Positions 24,701 through 36,700 of a stretch of 64,000 bases of DNA are shown here, piece by piece. Both the position numbers and the translations under genes were made by a program. Within the stretch, counting starts at the first letter, position 1; every line of letters starts with the position of its first letter. Origin of the DNA: Octopus sinensis (lineage: Eukaryota); the NCBI RefSeq assembly GCF_006345805.1, contig NC_042997.1:66712001-66776000 (forward strand). Direction: 5' to 3'. The notes beneath the pieces were generated by a model. It was not told the DNA's origin and ran no database searches. It was given only the letters and a program-made list of their open reading frames with translations.

Positions 24701-25528
24701 TACTCTGACCCAGAGTGATAGTGCTTATCAAGATCCCAAGTATGGATTAAATAGCATGAAATTACCTGAACCAAAGAAAAGTTGAAATTATGGGATGTAG
24801 CATGGTTGATGTGAACTATTTTGGCAGATGAACTTATTGAGTTAACAGTGAATATCACTAGAAGCTGAGTGGATGAAAAGACAGCAAACTGTCAACAGCC
24901 AAGATCAAACAGTTCAATTAAAGAACAACTGCTATCATCAGCAGTTGTGGAATGAGGTGTTTCAAGTAGTGAAAAGACCAATGTGACTAAAACCCAGGCT
25001 AGACATTAATGATTCATTGCTGAATCAAGATGCCTGACATGGAAGAGTTATGTTGATCTGGGTTTATGATGAGTGCCATATTTGCAGCAGTAACAGCAGT
25101 TAATTTTACTTCAGGACTTCCTTTAACTGCAGTTTGGCTTTCAGGGATAAAATGTTTTTTAGCTAAATGTCTCATGGAGAAAAGCAGTAGCTATGATCTT
25201 TGCATGTTCTGCCTCTAAAACTGATCAAAGGAGGGGGGAGGGAAGGAAGGAAGGAAGGAAGGAAAGAAGGAAGAAAAGAACAAATGAACAAACAAATGAA
25301 TAAACAAATGAATGAATGAATGAAAGAATGAACCAGCTCTCGGTAACTACAGCAGAAAACAACTCATTAAACTATTGAGTTATACTTAGACCAGAGATTT
25401 AATACAAATGCCTTTTTGCAACATAGAGGACTCTACTAAAGATACCCTTTAATAAAAGATTCAAGCTAGAGTTATGAAACCTGCAGCATTGAAGCAAGCT
25501 GCATGGGCTTTCCAAAAGCTTTATACGA

Positions 25529-26570
25529 TAGCAGTTAACTTCAATGTAGATTTCCAACACAATTTATATTAAAAAATGGAAATTAGAGTATTGAAATAAG
25601 CAAGCATGAGACTAGATTATTTTTCAAGCTTTATAACTCCACCTGTCTAACACCTGTGGACATGTTTACAAAGTCAGAAAACAGCACAGCTCCCATTACT
25701 TTCGGAAACATTTTTTCATGCTAAGAGTTGCTGAAGTATGGAACAAACTACCAGCATCAGTTGTTTATTGTCGGAGCACTGCATCCTTCAAAACTTCCAT
25801 GCTTCCTGAGATTCGCCAAAACTACACCTGATTTTCTCCCCTCCATACACATGCAAGCATGTATCTGACTCAAACACTGTTCATTTTCCAGACATTTGTA
25901 CATTACTGCATATGCTTTATACACACTTTTGACAAGTTGTGGTGCATCTGAGCACTGTATACAATAATTTCATTATTATTATAACTTGGACATTTTGTTT
26001 AAAAATTAATTTAGATATGATTATTGACATTACTCTTTGTTTACCCTTGCAGGTACAATATTTAAGGGAAAATTATTATACTGGAATTCATTTTTATAGA
26101 TTTAATTTCATTTTAGTCCTATCTTTTCAACCAATAGCAAATGTTAAGAACACTTATTTATATTTCTTTATTTATATTTGTCATTGCTTCTTTATTTAAA
26201 TTCATTAAAATTGTCTTTAAAACATGAAAATTCAAGAAATTTTCAAAGAATAAATATAGCTGTGTAGGAGTTATTTATTCCGAAATTCCACCCTTTTCAC
26301 ATATTATTCAAGGTTCTATGAATAATTAAATTTTACAAAATAATAGGTGTAGTATAGTAATACAGAAACTTCTTTGAAATGTAGCCTTGTCAACTGGCAG
26401 TTAACTTCAATGTAAACTTCCAATATAATTTATATAAAAAAGCAAATAAGTGTATTGAAATAAGCAAGCATGAGATCAGAATATTTTTCAAGCTTTATAG
26501 CTTGGACATTTTATTTAAAAATGAATTTAAATATAGTAACTGATATTATTCTTTGTTCACCCTTGTGAAT
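25529..26570. repeat. Old local tandem duplication; the first copy is interrupted by CR1
   Basis: 25529-25638 plus 25981-26050 aligns with 26395-26570. Confidence 0.85.
25639..25980 (+). mobile_element. CR1-clade LINE 3' end with ~8-bp TSD
   Basis: SNTCGHVYKVRKQHSSHYFRKHFFMLRVAEVWNKLPASVVYCRSTASFK. (ATT)n tail. ttataact is repeated at 25631-25638 and 25979-25986. Confidence 0.88.
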
Positions 26571-27199
26571 TACCTTGCATAACCCTGTAAATTACCAATC
26601 ACATTATCAGGTATGTATATATTTATTTACTGGCATATTAGATGCACTTTTATATTTTTAAATGTAAAAAAAATTGCAACTGTATTACAGACAGGAGACC
26701 CAATGTTACAGGCAAGGGAGCTGGAGAAGCACATGTCCATTAGGTACAATAATTGCTACTAATTATAAACTATTGGAAATAAGCCAATAATCACAGACTA
26801 TAAGCACGAATTTATGGAAAATTACTTACAGTAAATTGGCAGTTATACAGAAAGGTCGGATTGTATCGCTGTACCTCCTCCTCCAGGATACATGACCTAA
26901 ACCTAATGTTTGTCTTACATTATTTAATAGCTGTTACCTTTTAAGAATCATTTGTTTATTATCAAATAAAAAATGCACCAAGATGAAAAAAGTGTAAACA
27001 AATTTTCATGTCAGTCATTTGCAATGTGTGGATGACAGCAAAACTGTAATGATAGTGCACCACAATGGTGGATGGTTATGGTAATACAGCCAGAAATACA
27101 AGCTTCACATCTTGTATGGCTATTCTCTTCTCTAAAATATAGGCAACTATAACACTTGACCCAAAAGAAGATTGAGATACAACTCTCCTATATCATAGT

Positions 27200-28500
27200 T
27201 TATCTATAAGTTTCCTAAGGGGTTCAAATCTATGGCTAAAAATAGAAAAAGGCACTGCTATAACACTGAATTTAACTTAGATATCATAGTATATGCAAAG
27301 AAGCAAGGTAATAGAACAGTACCGCAGTATTTTGGTCCACCACCAGCCAACAAAATGGTAAGAATTTGGAGGAAACAATAAGAATTGCTGAAAATTGCTA
27401 GATGTAGCAAACAATGTCTTCATAGAGAAATTGTGAGGTTGCCTGAACTATAAGAAAAATTTAAAACATGGGTGCAAGACAAGATAAGCTCAATCTTATT
27501 AGTATCCACTAAAATGATTATGCAGTATTCAAAAATTGTAGCAATGGACAGAGATATCAATGATTTTTAGAGGGTCAACACTATGGTGTTTAAGATTTAT
27601 GATGAGAAATAGTCCTGTATGAGACCAAGAATAAGAATAGCACAAAAATATGCCCTGAATACGAAAATAAAGTTATTAAGCTTCACAGGTATGTAATTAA
27701 TGTGAGAAAAATAGTTAATTTTGATCTTTCAGATAGCAAATATTGCTGAAGTCCCTTTAACATTTGATGTACTATCAAACAAGATGATAAAATCCAATCC
27801 CAAACTGCTAAATCTGTGACTATTAAAGCCTATGGCCTTGAGAAAACACATTACATAGTTATATTAGCATGCTGTACTGATGACACAAAACTGTCAACAT
27901 TTTTTGTAACATTGCCCAAAGAAAGAATACCCAATGGCATTTATGTTCATGTCCATCTAAAAGGTTGGATAGATGATGGAGGAATTAAACTGTGGCTTGA
28001 TAAAGTGTGGTTTGGGTATCTTGGTAGAATGTTAAAAAACATGCCTTGTTAGTCTGGGATCAGTTTTCTCTCTTAGAACTGAGCTTGTTAAGAGGATATT
28101 TGAAGAACTGAAGACCCAGTTAACTGTAACCTAACCAGTCACTAACAGCCTTCAGATGTTTCAGTTAGAAAACCATTTGAAGGATTCATAAATAAGGAGT
28201 AAAACAAGTGGATGTAGTCTTCAGATTCTGAAATGACACCAACAGGAAGAAGGAAGTGGCCTATCTATAATATAGGTGTATTAATGGGTAAAAAGTTCAT
28301 GGAATACTGTGAAAGATATAGTTGTGAAATCATTTTTAAAATGTGGTAATTATAATGCCCTTGATGATACTGAGAATAATTTGTAGAGAATTCCATTTAT
28401 GAAGAAAGTAATATGAATGCCAACAGTGAGAATGCATTTTCAAACTTTGTGGTTGCTGACTTACATTCTGAAGGTCATGATTTTCTAGATTTCGTTGGCA
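27200..28500 (+). mobile_element. pogo-family (POGK-like, CENP-B HTH plus DDE_1) transposase relic
   Basis: QIANIAEVPLTFD, TIKAYGLEKTHYIVILACCTDDTKL, KGWIDDGGIKLWLDKVW. Many stops. Confidence 0.85.
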
Positions 28501-28820
28501 ATAATTAAATAAACCTTTATCATACTTTCCTTTCTAATTTTTTATTATTTTATTTTTTTTGCTTGCTACAGTTTGTTCTATCCACTGAAATACCAGTTTT
28601 TTTCCAATTGCTTGGTGTATATTAATTATATTATTATTATTATTCAGGGTATGCATGAATGCATTACATCCAGTATCAATGTCTTTAATATGGATCACAA
28701 CCAGTTTCCTTAGATACTGAGGACCTTTCTTACAATTCTTGCTGTTCCCAATACAGAAGATTTCTACATTATTTACATTATTTACATTTGACAGATATTT
28801 GTCCTCATCTTGTTTGTTGT

Positions 28821-28864
28821 AAACACGTTTCAGCTGATATACTCTCCAGCCTTCATCAGGTGTC
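28821..28864 (-). ncRNA. Penelope-type hammerhead motif, partly decayed
   Basis: GACAC-CUGAUGA-A-GGCUG(gagaguauau)CAGCU-GAAACGUGUUU. Core boxes are intact, but there is a 2-nt loss after GAAAC relative to the sister copy. Confidence 0.6.
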
Positions 28865-29014
28865 ATCGGAAAATTTTGAATCTGGGTTCTCATTCCTAAG
28901 GTATTTTTCGATGTTATTATTATTATTATTATATGCCCATGGGCATATGGCATAGTGGTTAAGAGCACAGGCAACTAACCCCAAGATTCCGAGTTCGATA
29001 CCAGGCAGTGACCT

Positions 29015-29053
29015 GAAGAAGAAGAACAGCAGCAGCAGCAGCGGCGGCGGCGG

Positions 29054-29105
<52 letters not shown>

Positions 29106-29114
29106 AACAACAAC
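29015..29114. repeat. Compound trinucleotide tract GAA>CAG>CGG>GAC>AAC
   Basis: Read directly from the sequence. Confidence 0.95.
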
Positions 29115-29162
29115 ATTGAAAATTGCCTTAGAAATGAGAACCCAGGTTGGAAATTTCCTCAA

Positions 29163-29208
29163 GACACCTAATGAAGGCTGGAGGGTGTATCAGCCAAAAC
29201 ATTGTGTT
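29163..29208 (+). ncRNA. Penelope-type hammerhead motif with mutated core
   Basis: GACAC-CUAAUGA-A-GGCUG(gaggguguau)CAGCC-AAAACAUU-GUGUU. Stems I and II are intact; G>A changes affect both core boxes. Confidence 0.5.
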
Positions 29209-29433
29209 AACAACAAACAAGATGAGGACAAATATCCATCAATGTAAATAATGTAAATAGTGTACATAATTCCTCATCTCTTAAATATAGAACTGCAGAT
29301 GATTTCTGTATTAATACAACTCTTGTAGTTATACCAATCTCAATAAAGAAATTATCAAGTCTGTTGGTGACAGTATCTGGGATACCTATAACTACTCGAT
29401 TACTATTATTATTATTATTATTATTATTATTAA

Positions 29434-29636
29434 GGTGGTGAGCTGGCAGAGTTGTTAGCATGCTGAGCAAGATGCTTAGCAGTATTTCACCCCTGGCTAA
29501 GTTCTGAGTTCAAATTCTATCAAGGTTGACTTTGCCTTTCATCCATTTGAAGTCAATAAATTGAGTACCAGTGAAACACTGAGATTGACTAACCTCCTCA
29601 ACCCAAATTTCAGACTTTGTGCTTATAATAGAAAGG

Positions 29637-29671
<35 letters not shown>

Positions 29672-29883
29672 GAAGGTGAGTTGGCAGAACTGTTAGCATA
29701 CTGGGCAGAATGCTTAGCAGCATTTTGTTCATCTTTTCATTCTGAATTCAAATTCCACCAAGGTAAATTTTGCTTTTCATCCTTTTGGGGTTGATAAATT
29801 AAGCACCAGTTAAGTACTGGGGTCGATATGATTGACTTTACCCATCCCCTAAAATGTCTGGCCTTGTGCCTTTAATAGAAAGG
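29434..29883 (+). mobile_element. Two head-to-tail SINE family B copies separated by (TTA)n
   Basis: Each has tggcaga..gttagca A-box-like and ctgagttcaaatt B box sequences, with a ccttgtgc...agaaagg tail. Confidence 0.85.
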
Positions 29884-29936
29884 TAAACCTGAGATACCAT
29901 GATATCTCTTCTTCTCAACTAGCTAATATTTTCTCA

Positions 29937-29981
<45 letters not shown>

Positions 29982-31859
29982 GAGAGGTATATGGTGGTTG
30001 TTGTCATTAGGTGTGCTGCCACACTGATCATACTAATATTAGTACTACTTGAATTAAGCATACAAGCTGTGTATTTCTATTCAAAATGTGGAATCCAAAA
30101 TGTAAATAATGTAAACTTAATTCAATTGGGATACAGATATATGGCACTAAAGTAAACTGAATCAATAATATTCTATGAATTGTAAGCATTCTAAAATAAG
30201 CCGTAATTTTCTTATGCACACACACTGAAAAAAATAAAAATCACATAATTTAATTATATGTAAGTTCTATTTTTCTTCTTTGAGATGTAAAATGTTCAAT
30301 AGCTTCATCATACAATGAACCACTTTATTATTAGTTTTGAAAACAAATTAAGATCAAAGTTATATGATGATATGATGATATGGTAAGAAAAAAATTATTG
30401 TAAAAAAAAAATTAGTTTCAGTTAGGAATTTAAAATTAAATTAAACATTCAACTTCTCACCATGAAAACGAACATGCAACTGTGCTGTCAAAGCTGTTGC
30501 ACACTCTCCACTATTAATTTTTTGGCATTCTCACATTATCCTACAATGCGCCCTGTACCATATTATGATACAATGCACTGTGTGGTGTGCAGTGTTATTT
30601 CAGGACACCTGCCACCAAATTTCAAACAGGGGTATAACAAGAGTTTTCTATTATGATTTGTGATTAAATTAATGAGTAAGATTAATATTTATAATGAATT
30701 TGCCGTTTTTGATGGGTGTAGAGTGCACACCTAGCACACCCAGAGTATATGCGCCTCTTATTATTATTATTTTAATGTCCACTTTTCCATGCTTGCATTG
30801 GTTGGACAGAATTTTGCTGAGGTAGGTTTTTGACGCCCTTCCTGTTGTCAACCCTCACCTATTTCCAATTCAGCTAATATTTCCCCATAAACAAACATAT
30901 TTTTCACAGTAGAATAGGAATAATGGACAGAGACATTTCTTTATAACTATCATGTAATATCAAGTCAAGGATGCAGTAACACACACACACACAGGCACAC
31001 TCATATGCACACACAACAAGCTTTTTTTAGTTTCCATCAACTATATCCACTCGTATGGTTTTGCTTGGCCCAGGGCTATGCAAGAAGTCACTTGCCAAAG
31101 GTGCCACACACTGGGATTGAACCTGGAACCATGTGGTGGGAAGCAAACCAGCCATGTTTGTGCTTACTACCAATATGCAATTAAATCTTGCTTTGACTGC
31201 ATATATTGTTCCTATTGATAGGAACTTATTCACATTTAGTTTACATGGCTGATTGTTTTGCTCCAGTTGTTACTTGAACAAAAAAATCAGTTTGCTTTTA
31301 TTCACATGTACAAGATTCATTATATCAATGTATTTCTGTTTTGCTATAGAAAATTTAATTTAATTTCCTTTTGTTTTCCATTACAAAGACACATTAAAAT
31401 AGCTTTAAATAAATGTATAATGAAAGATATTAAAACTGGATTTTTCCTCCCACAAAATAGCTTTGTAAAATAAGGGTGCATCTTATAAACCAGCAAATCC
31501 ATAACCAAATATCCAAACACATTTATATAAAAAAAAATTGTTAATATATCACATCATATCAATTGCTAATCAGCTTTAAAATTATGGATGACTCAAAATG
31601 TCTAAAATAGATAAACATCACTTTTTATGCTTGGATAAGCATAGTGTTGTAACAGTGTTATTTTATTTATTTTATATATGACATAAATACAGTATATTCG
31701 GTGGTTTTGAATGAAACTCGCACCTCCCTTCACATGACAATGAACTTATCTTACAATCAAAAAGTACATAAGTTTTGAAAGCCATAAACTGGTCTTATAA
31801 GGTTTGAAAGACATACTCTAAAAATTTAGAATAACAGCTTGCTTATGAAACAAAACAAA

Positions 31860-32071
31860 TTAACCTTTTAGCATTCATAATGCTTGTTTATTCCCATTGT
31901 TTTGAATGTGTCCTGCACTATTTTGTAGTTTCAAGATTTTGATTATGTGACAGTATATTTTTTAAACTAACATTGGAAGGCAGGTTTGAGAGGCCGGCTC
32001 TGGCCTGTTTGAACATAAAACAGGAAGATTATTTTGGTCAGATATAGCTGGTTTAAATGCAGAAGAGTTAA
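31860..32071. mobile_element. TTAA-flanked MITE, same family
   Basis: TTAAccttttagcattc ... aatgcagaagagTTAA. Confidence 0.7.
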
Positions 32072-33350
32072 AAATGTCAACACAAAGTGCCTAGCAATAA
32101 TAGCACTTCTTAGTTACATAATTACATTATATGCCATAGAACCTCTCAAATCTAGAAACCATTGTCTAAGAATTCCCATCATCAGCTACCAAACAGATAT
32201 CACAATGGTTTCCACACCTGAGCGGCACCATTCAATCCAGCAGTGTCAAATGTTAAAACATAAATGAACAAGCATATCAAATATATATTCCTATCATCAG
32301 CTGCCAAACAAATATCACTATGGTATTGACACCTAAGCAGTATCATTCAAGCCAGCAGTGTCAACAGTATTAAAAACATAAACACCTCCTAAGAATCAAT
32401 AGAAATCAGTAGGAGCAACACATTAATATAGTATATCCTGAGGCTATGAGAAAAGTGTCTTTCATACAGCATGTGTTACCCACTAAAAATGTTTAATTCA
32501 TTCTATTTCAGCTAATCTATTCCTGTTTACCAATACCTGCTATAAAGGCACATGCTATAAAGGCACAGGCATTGAATTATCTGCTATTGTTGTTTTGCCT
32601 TAGATTATCTCCTGTTGAGCAATTTCAACCATGACCAACCAGTTATAATTTAGGACTACATTAACCAATGTGGCTGCCCTTCTGTTTTCGAGACAAGAAG
32701 GTACATTATTTGAGAGAGATTTGGCTACTATTTCTAATAGATCAAGTGACTGTACAGATGTTCCTCATTGGTTCAGACCTCTTCTGTTCTTGATGTTATT
32801 GTTGCTGCTGGTGATGGTGTTGGTTTTGATATTGATGTTAAACTCTAGGCTAGCTAAGTAAATTTATTATCCAACACATTACAACCACAACCATCACCCT
32901 GCCCATTTCAGAGGTATGTTAAGATTAAATTGTCCAATATATTATTATTTTTTTACCAAATATGATACATGTGGTTAAAAGAAATTTGGCTGCTTTTTCT
33001 TCCAGATTGAGCAATAACAAAGAGGCTCTCTTATTGCCCCAACAAGAGCAATTTATTATCAACAGGTGGTGGTGGTGATGTCATCATTGATATTGCTGTT
33101 GCTGTTTGCTTTTAGCCTCCTATCAAGGAAGATCTAGATCTATGCTTGCAATGACTATCCCAGTTTTGGTTCTTTTTGGTAAATTCATCATAGGTAATCA
33201 CATCCTGGTAAGTGCACTCTAGTAATTTCATCACATGTTAATGATATTGCTAATGCCACTAGATTCATCATCAGATCATTTATGTTATCATATTTTTTAT
33301 CTGCAAAATAAACATTGTTGAAAGTTTTAATTTACAGAGTAAATATTCCT

Positions 33351-33735
33351 TTATTCTTTTACTTGTTTCAGTCATTTAACTGCAGTCATGCTAGAGCATC
33401 ACCTTGGAGAGTTTTAGTCAAATGAATTAACCCCAGTACTTATTTTTTAAAGCCTGGTACTTATTCTACTGGTTTCTTTTGCCAAACTGCTAAGTCACAG
33501 GGAGGTAAGCACATCAACACTGGTTGTCGAGCAGTGATGGGGGTGGGACAAACACAGACACAACACACACACAGAGACAGACATACATACATACATACAT
33601 ATATACAATGGGCTTCTTTCAGTTTCTATCTACCAAATCCACTCATAAGGCTTTGGTCAGCCTGAGACTATAGTAGAAGACACTTGCCCAGGGTTACATG
33701 CAGTGGGACTGAACCCAGAACAATGTGGCTGAGAA
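33351..33735 (-). mobile_element. SINE family A copy
   Basis: Same modules as 10401-10895. Confidence 0.8.
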
Positions 33736-36700
33736 GCAAATCCCATTTTATTAACAATGAAAAAGTGATTCAAAGAGAAATAATTATTGAAGTTTGGTTC
33801 TCAATCACATGGTCTTGGGTTCAATCCCATTGCACAGCACCTTGGGCCAACCGAAGCCTTGTGAGTGGATTTGATAGACAGAAACTGAAAGAAGAATCTG
33901 TATATATTTATATAAAATTTGTTTGACTTCATTACACACACACACACACACATATATATATATTCAGTAATCTAAAGCCTAAAAAAGATGGACTTCTGTT
34001 AGAGACATGCAAAAATAAGTCATATGGAACTAAATCAAACCGTTTTATATATATATATATATATATATGGTTTGGTTTCTATGATCAGATGCCCTTCCTA
34101 ACACTAACCACTTCTCACAGTTTATTGGTGTCTTTTACAGGTCACCGACATGGTTGCTTTTTACCAGTACAAGTGCCCTTTATGTGTCACTAGCATGGGT
34201 GCCTTTTATGTGTCACTGGCACAGGTACCTTTTATGCATCACCAGCATGGATGCCTTTCATGTGTCACCAGCACTGACCACAACCACAATTCTGCTTAGC
34301 TTGACTTGTCTTCTCAAGCATAGCAATTCACCAGAAGTCTCAATCAATTGTCATCACCCCATCCTGGGTCTACCTCTTCCACAGGTACTCTCCATAATTA
34401 GAGATCAGCAACATATGGTAAATTGCTTGCTATTTCTAACAAATTGAGCAACTTCATTGTAGCTCCTTGGTTAGCTTGAAGTGTTTTGTTACTTGGTAGA
34501 GATAAATTCAAATTTCTCCTTTTCAGTCTGGAGTAAGTAACATTACAACTCTCTGATGAATTTACTCCTAGAAATACTGGAAAATTAAGTTTCAATGAAC
34601 TCAATCACAACATATTAAGTTCTCAAAAACAACATCTTTTCAAGCTTTTTGTATCTTTGGTTCCTCTCTAATCTCCATAAACAGTCTATTTCTGCCGTTT
34701 TCATCATAAAAACAGAATTCTACATAGAAAGACAACTGGTAAAGTTTCTCTAAATGTTCTATGGTCATTTTGAGTTTGAGATTATTTTTATTATTTATTT
34801 CAAGTAAATATCAACTGCTTAAATATCAAATGCTTCAACCTCACTAGATTTGGATGAACTGAAAAATCCTTACCCAAAATGGTGAGGTTGAATTAAGTTG
34901 TTGATATTTAATTTGAATTTCTGTCATTTAATGAAATACAGTGAAGAATTGAGAAGTGAGGGTATTCTGAAACTTGATATTGTTGTTTAACCTATTTAGT
35001 GCTGAATCTGATGAGTAAGACAAAGTAGTGATGATAAGGAGAAAAGAGAATAGATGAGTTTAGGTTGAGAAAGTTGTACAGTTAGCCAGAGTTTATAGGA
35101 CTGGGAACTTTTGAAGTAATAATAGAAGCAACATGGGGGGTGGGGAACACTGCATTTTGGCATGGTATTGATTGTGGTGTTTTGGGAAAGAAACTTCATA
35201 TCGCCAGATGATTTTTTTCTGGTTACAATCTAAAATGTTTATGTAGGAAGTAGCAGCTCCAGCTAAATACATGAGCTGTACCCTGATGAAAGATTGGCAG
35301 TTCTAGATTCAGCCTGACTTTTCAGGAAGATGATGTCTAACGATTATAAACCAGTTCCATCTTTTAGTACTCAAACTTTAAGACATAAAATATAAAATAT
35401 AAAAAAAAAAACAACTCAATTTATTAAACACCAAAAATTGCAAGTGAAATAACTTATTTATATTCATTGGTGTTAATTTTCACCAATTGATATGAAAAGG
35501 TAGAGCATAGCCTGTAATTTTTTAAGATCCTGTTAAACTGGCGAAATAATGATAATTTACATTATTGGAGCTAATTTTCAATTTGGAGATTCATGGGAGA
35601 AAATACATATGAGAAAAGGATTATAGAAGGAAACTATTATTTTCTCAGTTCTCTTAACAGAGGAAGTGTTAATTGTTTCATACATTGATTGGGATGTCAA
35701 AAGATTCACAAATGAATGTAGGTAGCTATGTATTGACAAACTGCCATCAACTGTCACCTGACAATGGCCAAGTGATCAAAACAAAAGTCTGCCTTGATAA
35801 TCTGTGGATCACTATAGCACCTTATAACTAGAGCTGGTATAAAATAAAAATGACAGGTTTGTTGATAGTAATAAACAGTTGGATTCATGATCATATTGTA
35901 TAAGTTTTAGAAGTACTCAGTTTACACATCCTCACTATAATAATCTCATGTACAACAGCAAAAGTCAGGTCTAACAAACTTAATGTTTAATTAAGATGTA
36001 AATTAGAATTTACATTTTGTCTGAACAATCAAATTAAATTTTCAAGTGTTTGACTAATTACTGCATTAGGAGTTACAGAAAATTAAAGACAATCTCCTGG
36101 TAGTATTTCAAATATTTTTGCAACCACTTCAAAGCTAAAGAATAAATTCAAAAATTTCACAAAAGAAAATTCTATTTTGCCAAAGCATGTTTCAAAAAAG
36201 GTTTTTGAATGCACACAACCCTCTTTTGTTATCACTGGCTCTTTCTCTTCTTTGCTGTAGTTTCCTAGTAACAAAACTTGTTTTTCTTTCCCTGTGAGCC
36301 ACAAGTGCAGTCAGTTGTCTTCAGTCTTGACTTATTCACACTATTGATTGCATCAGTACAGTTAATGTACTTAAAAATGTTGTTGTATCTCTGCCAATTT
36401 TCTAGTCCATTGCCGCATATACTCTACAATTATGTGTTTTTGTTAAAAAAAGGAAAGTATCTATGATTTATTAGAATAGTGTGTTGGTGAAAATTGTACA
36501 AGTGAAAGATTAGTGGTCTTGCTGTATTTATCAATATCCTTTTATTATGTAGTACAGGTATGTTGATGTAGTTATGATCATTTAGTTGTTTGATTCCACT
36601 GCATTGCACCTTAAGTCAACCAAAGCCTTGTGAATAAGATTGTTGTGATGAAAAATGGGAAGAAACTCATCAGATGGAGTTCACCTGTTTTTAGGTGGTA

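Larger units (their letters stand above)
28937..29295 (+). mobile_element. tRNA-headed SINE-like element with a hammerhead-bearing 3' module
   Basis: A box tggcatagtggttaag and B box gagttcgatacc, then a trinucleotide tract, then a module that recurs inverted at 28765-28932. Confidence 0.7.

Noticed and set aside
24362-24718. 118-aa ORF
   Set aside because: AT-rich low-information start running into a short interspersed repeat; no domain.
28937-29014. Possible tRNA gene
   Set aside because: A and B boxes are present, but the acceptor and anticodon stems do not close and there is no T-run terminator; treated as a SINE head.
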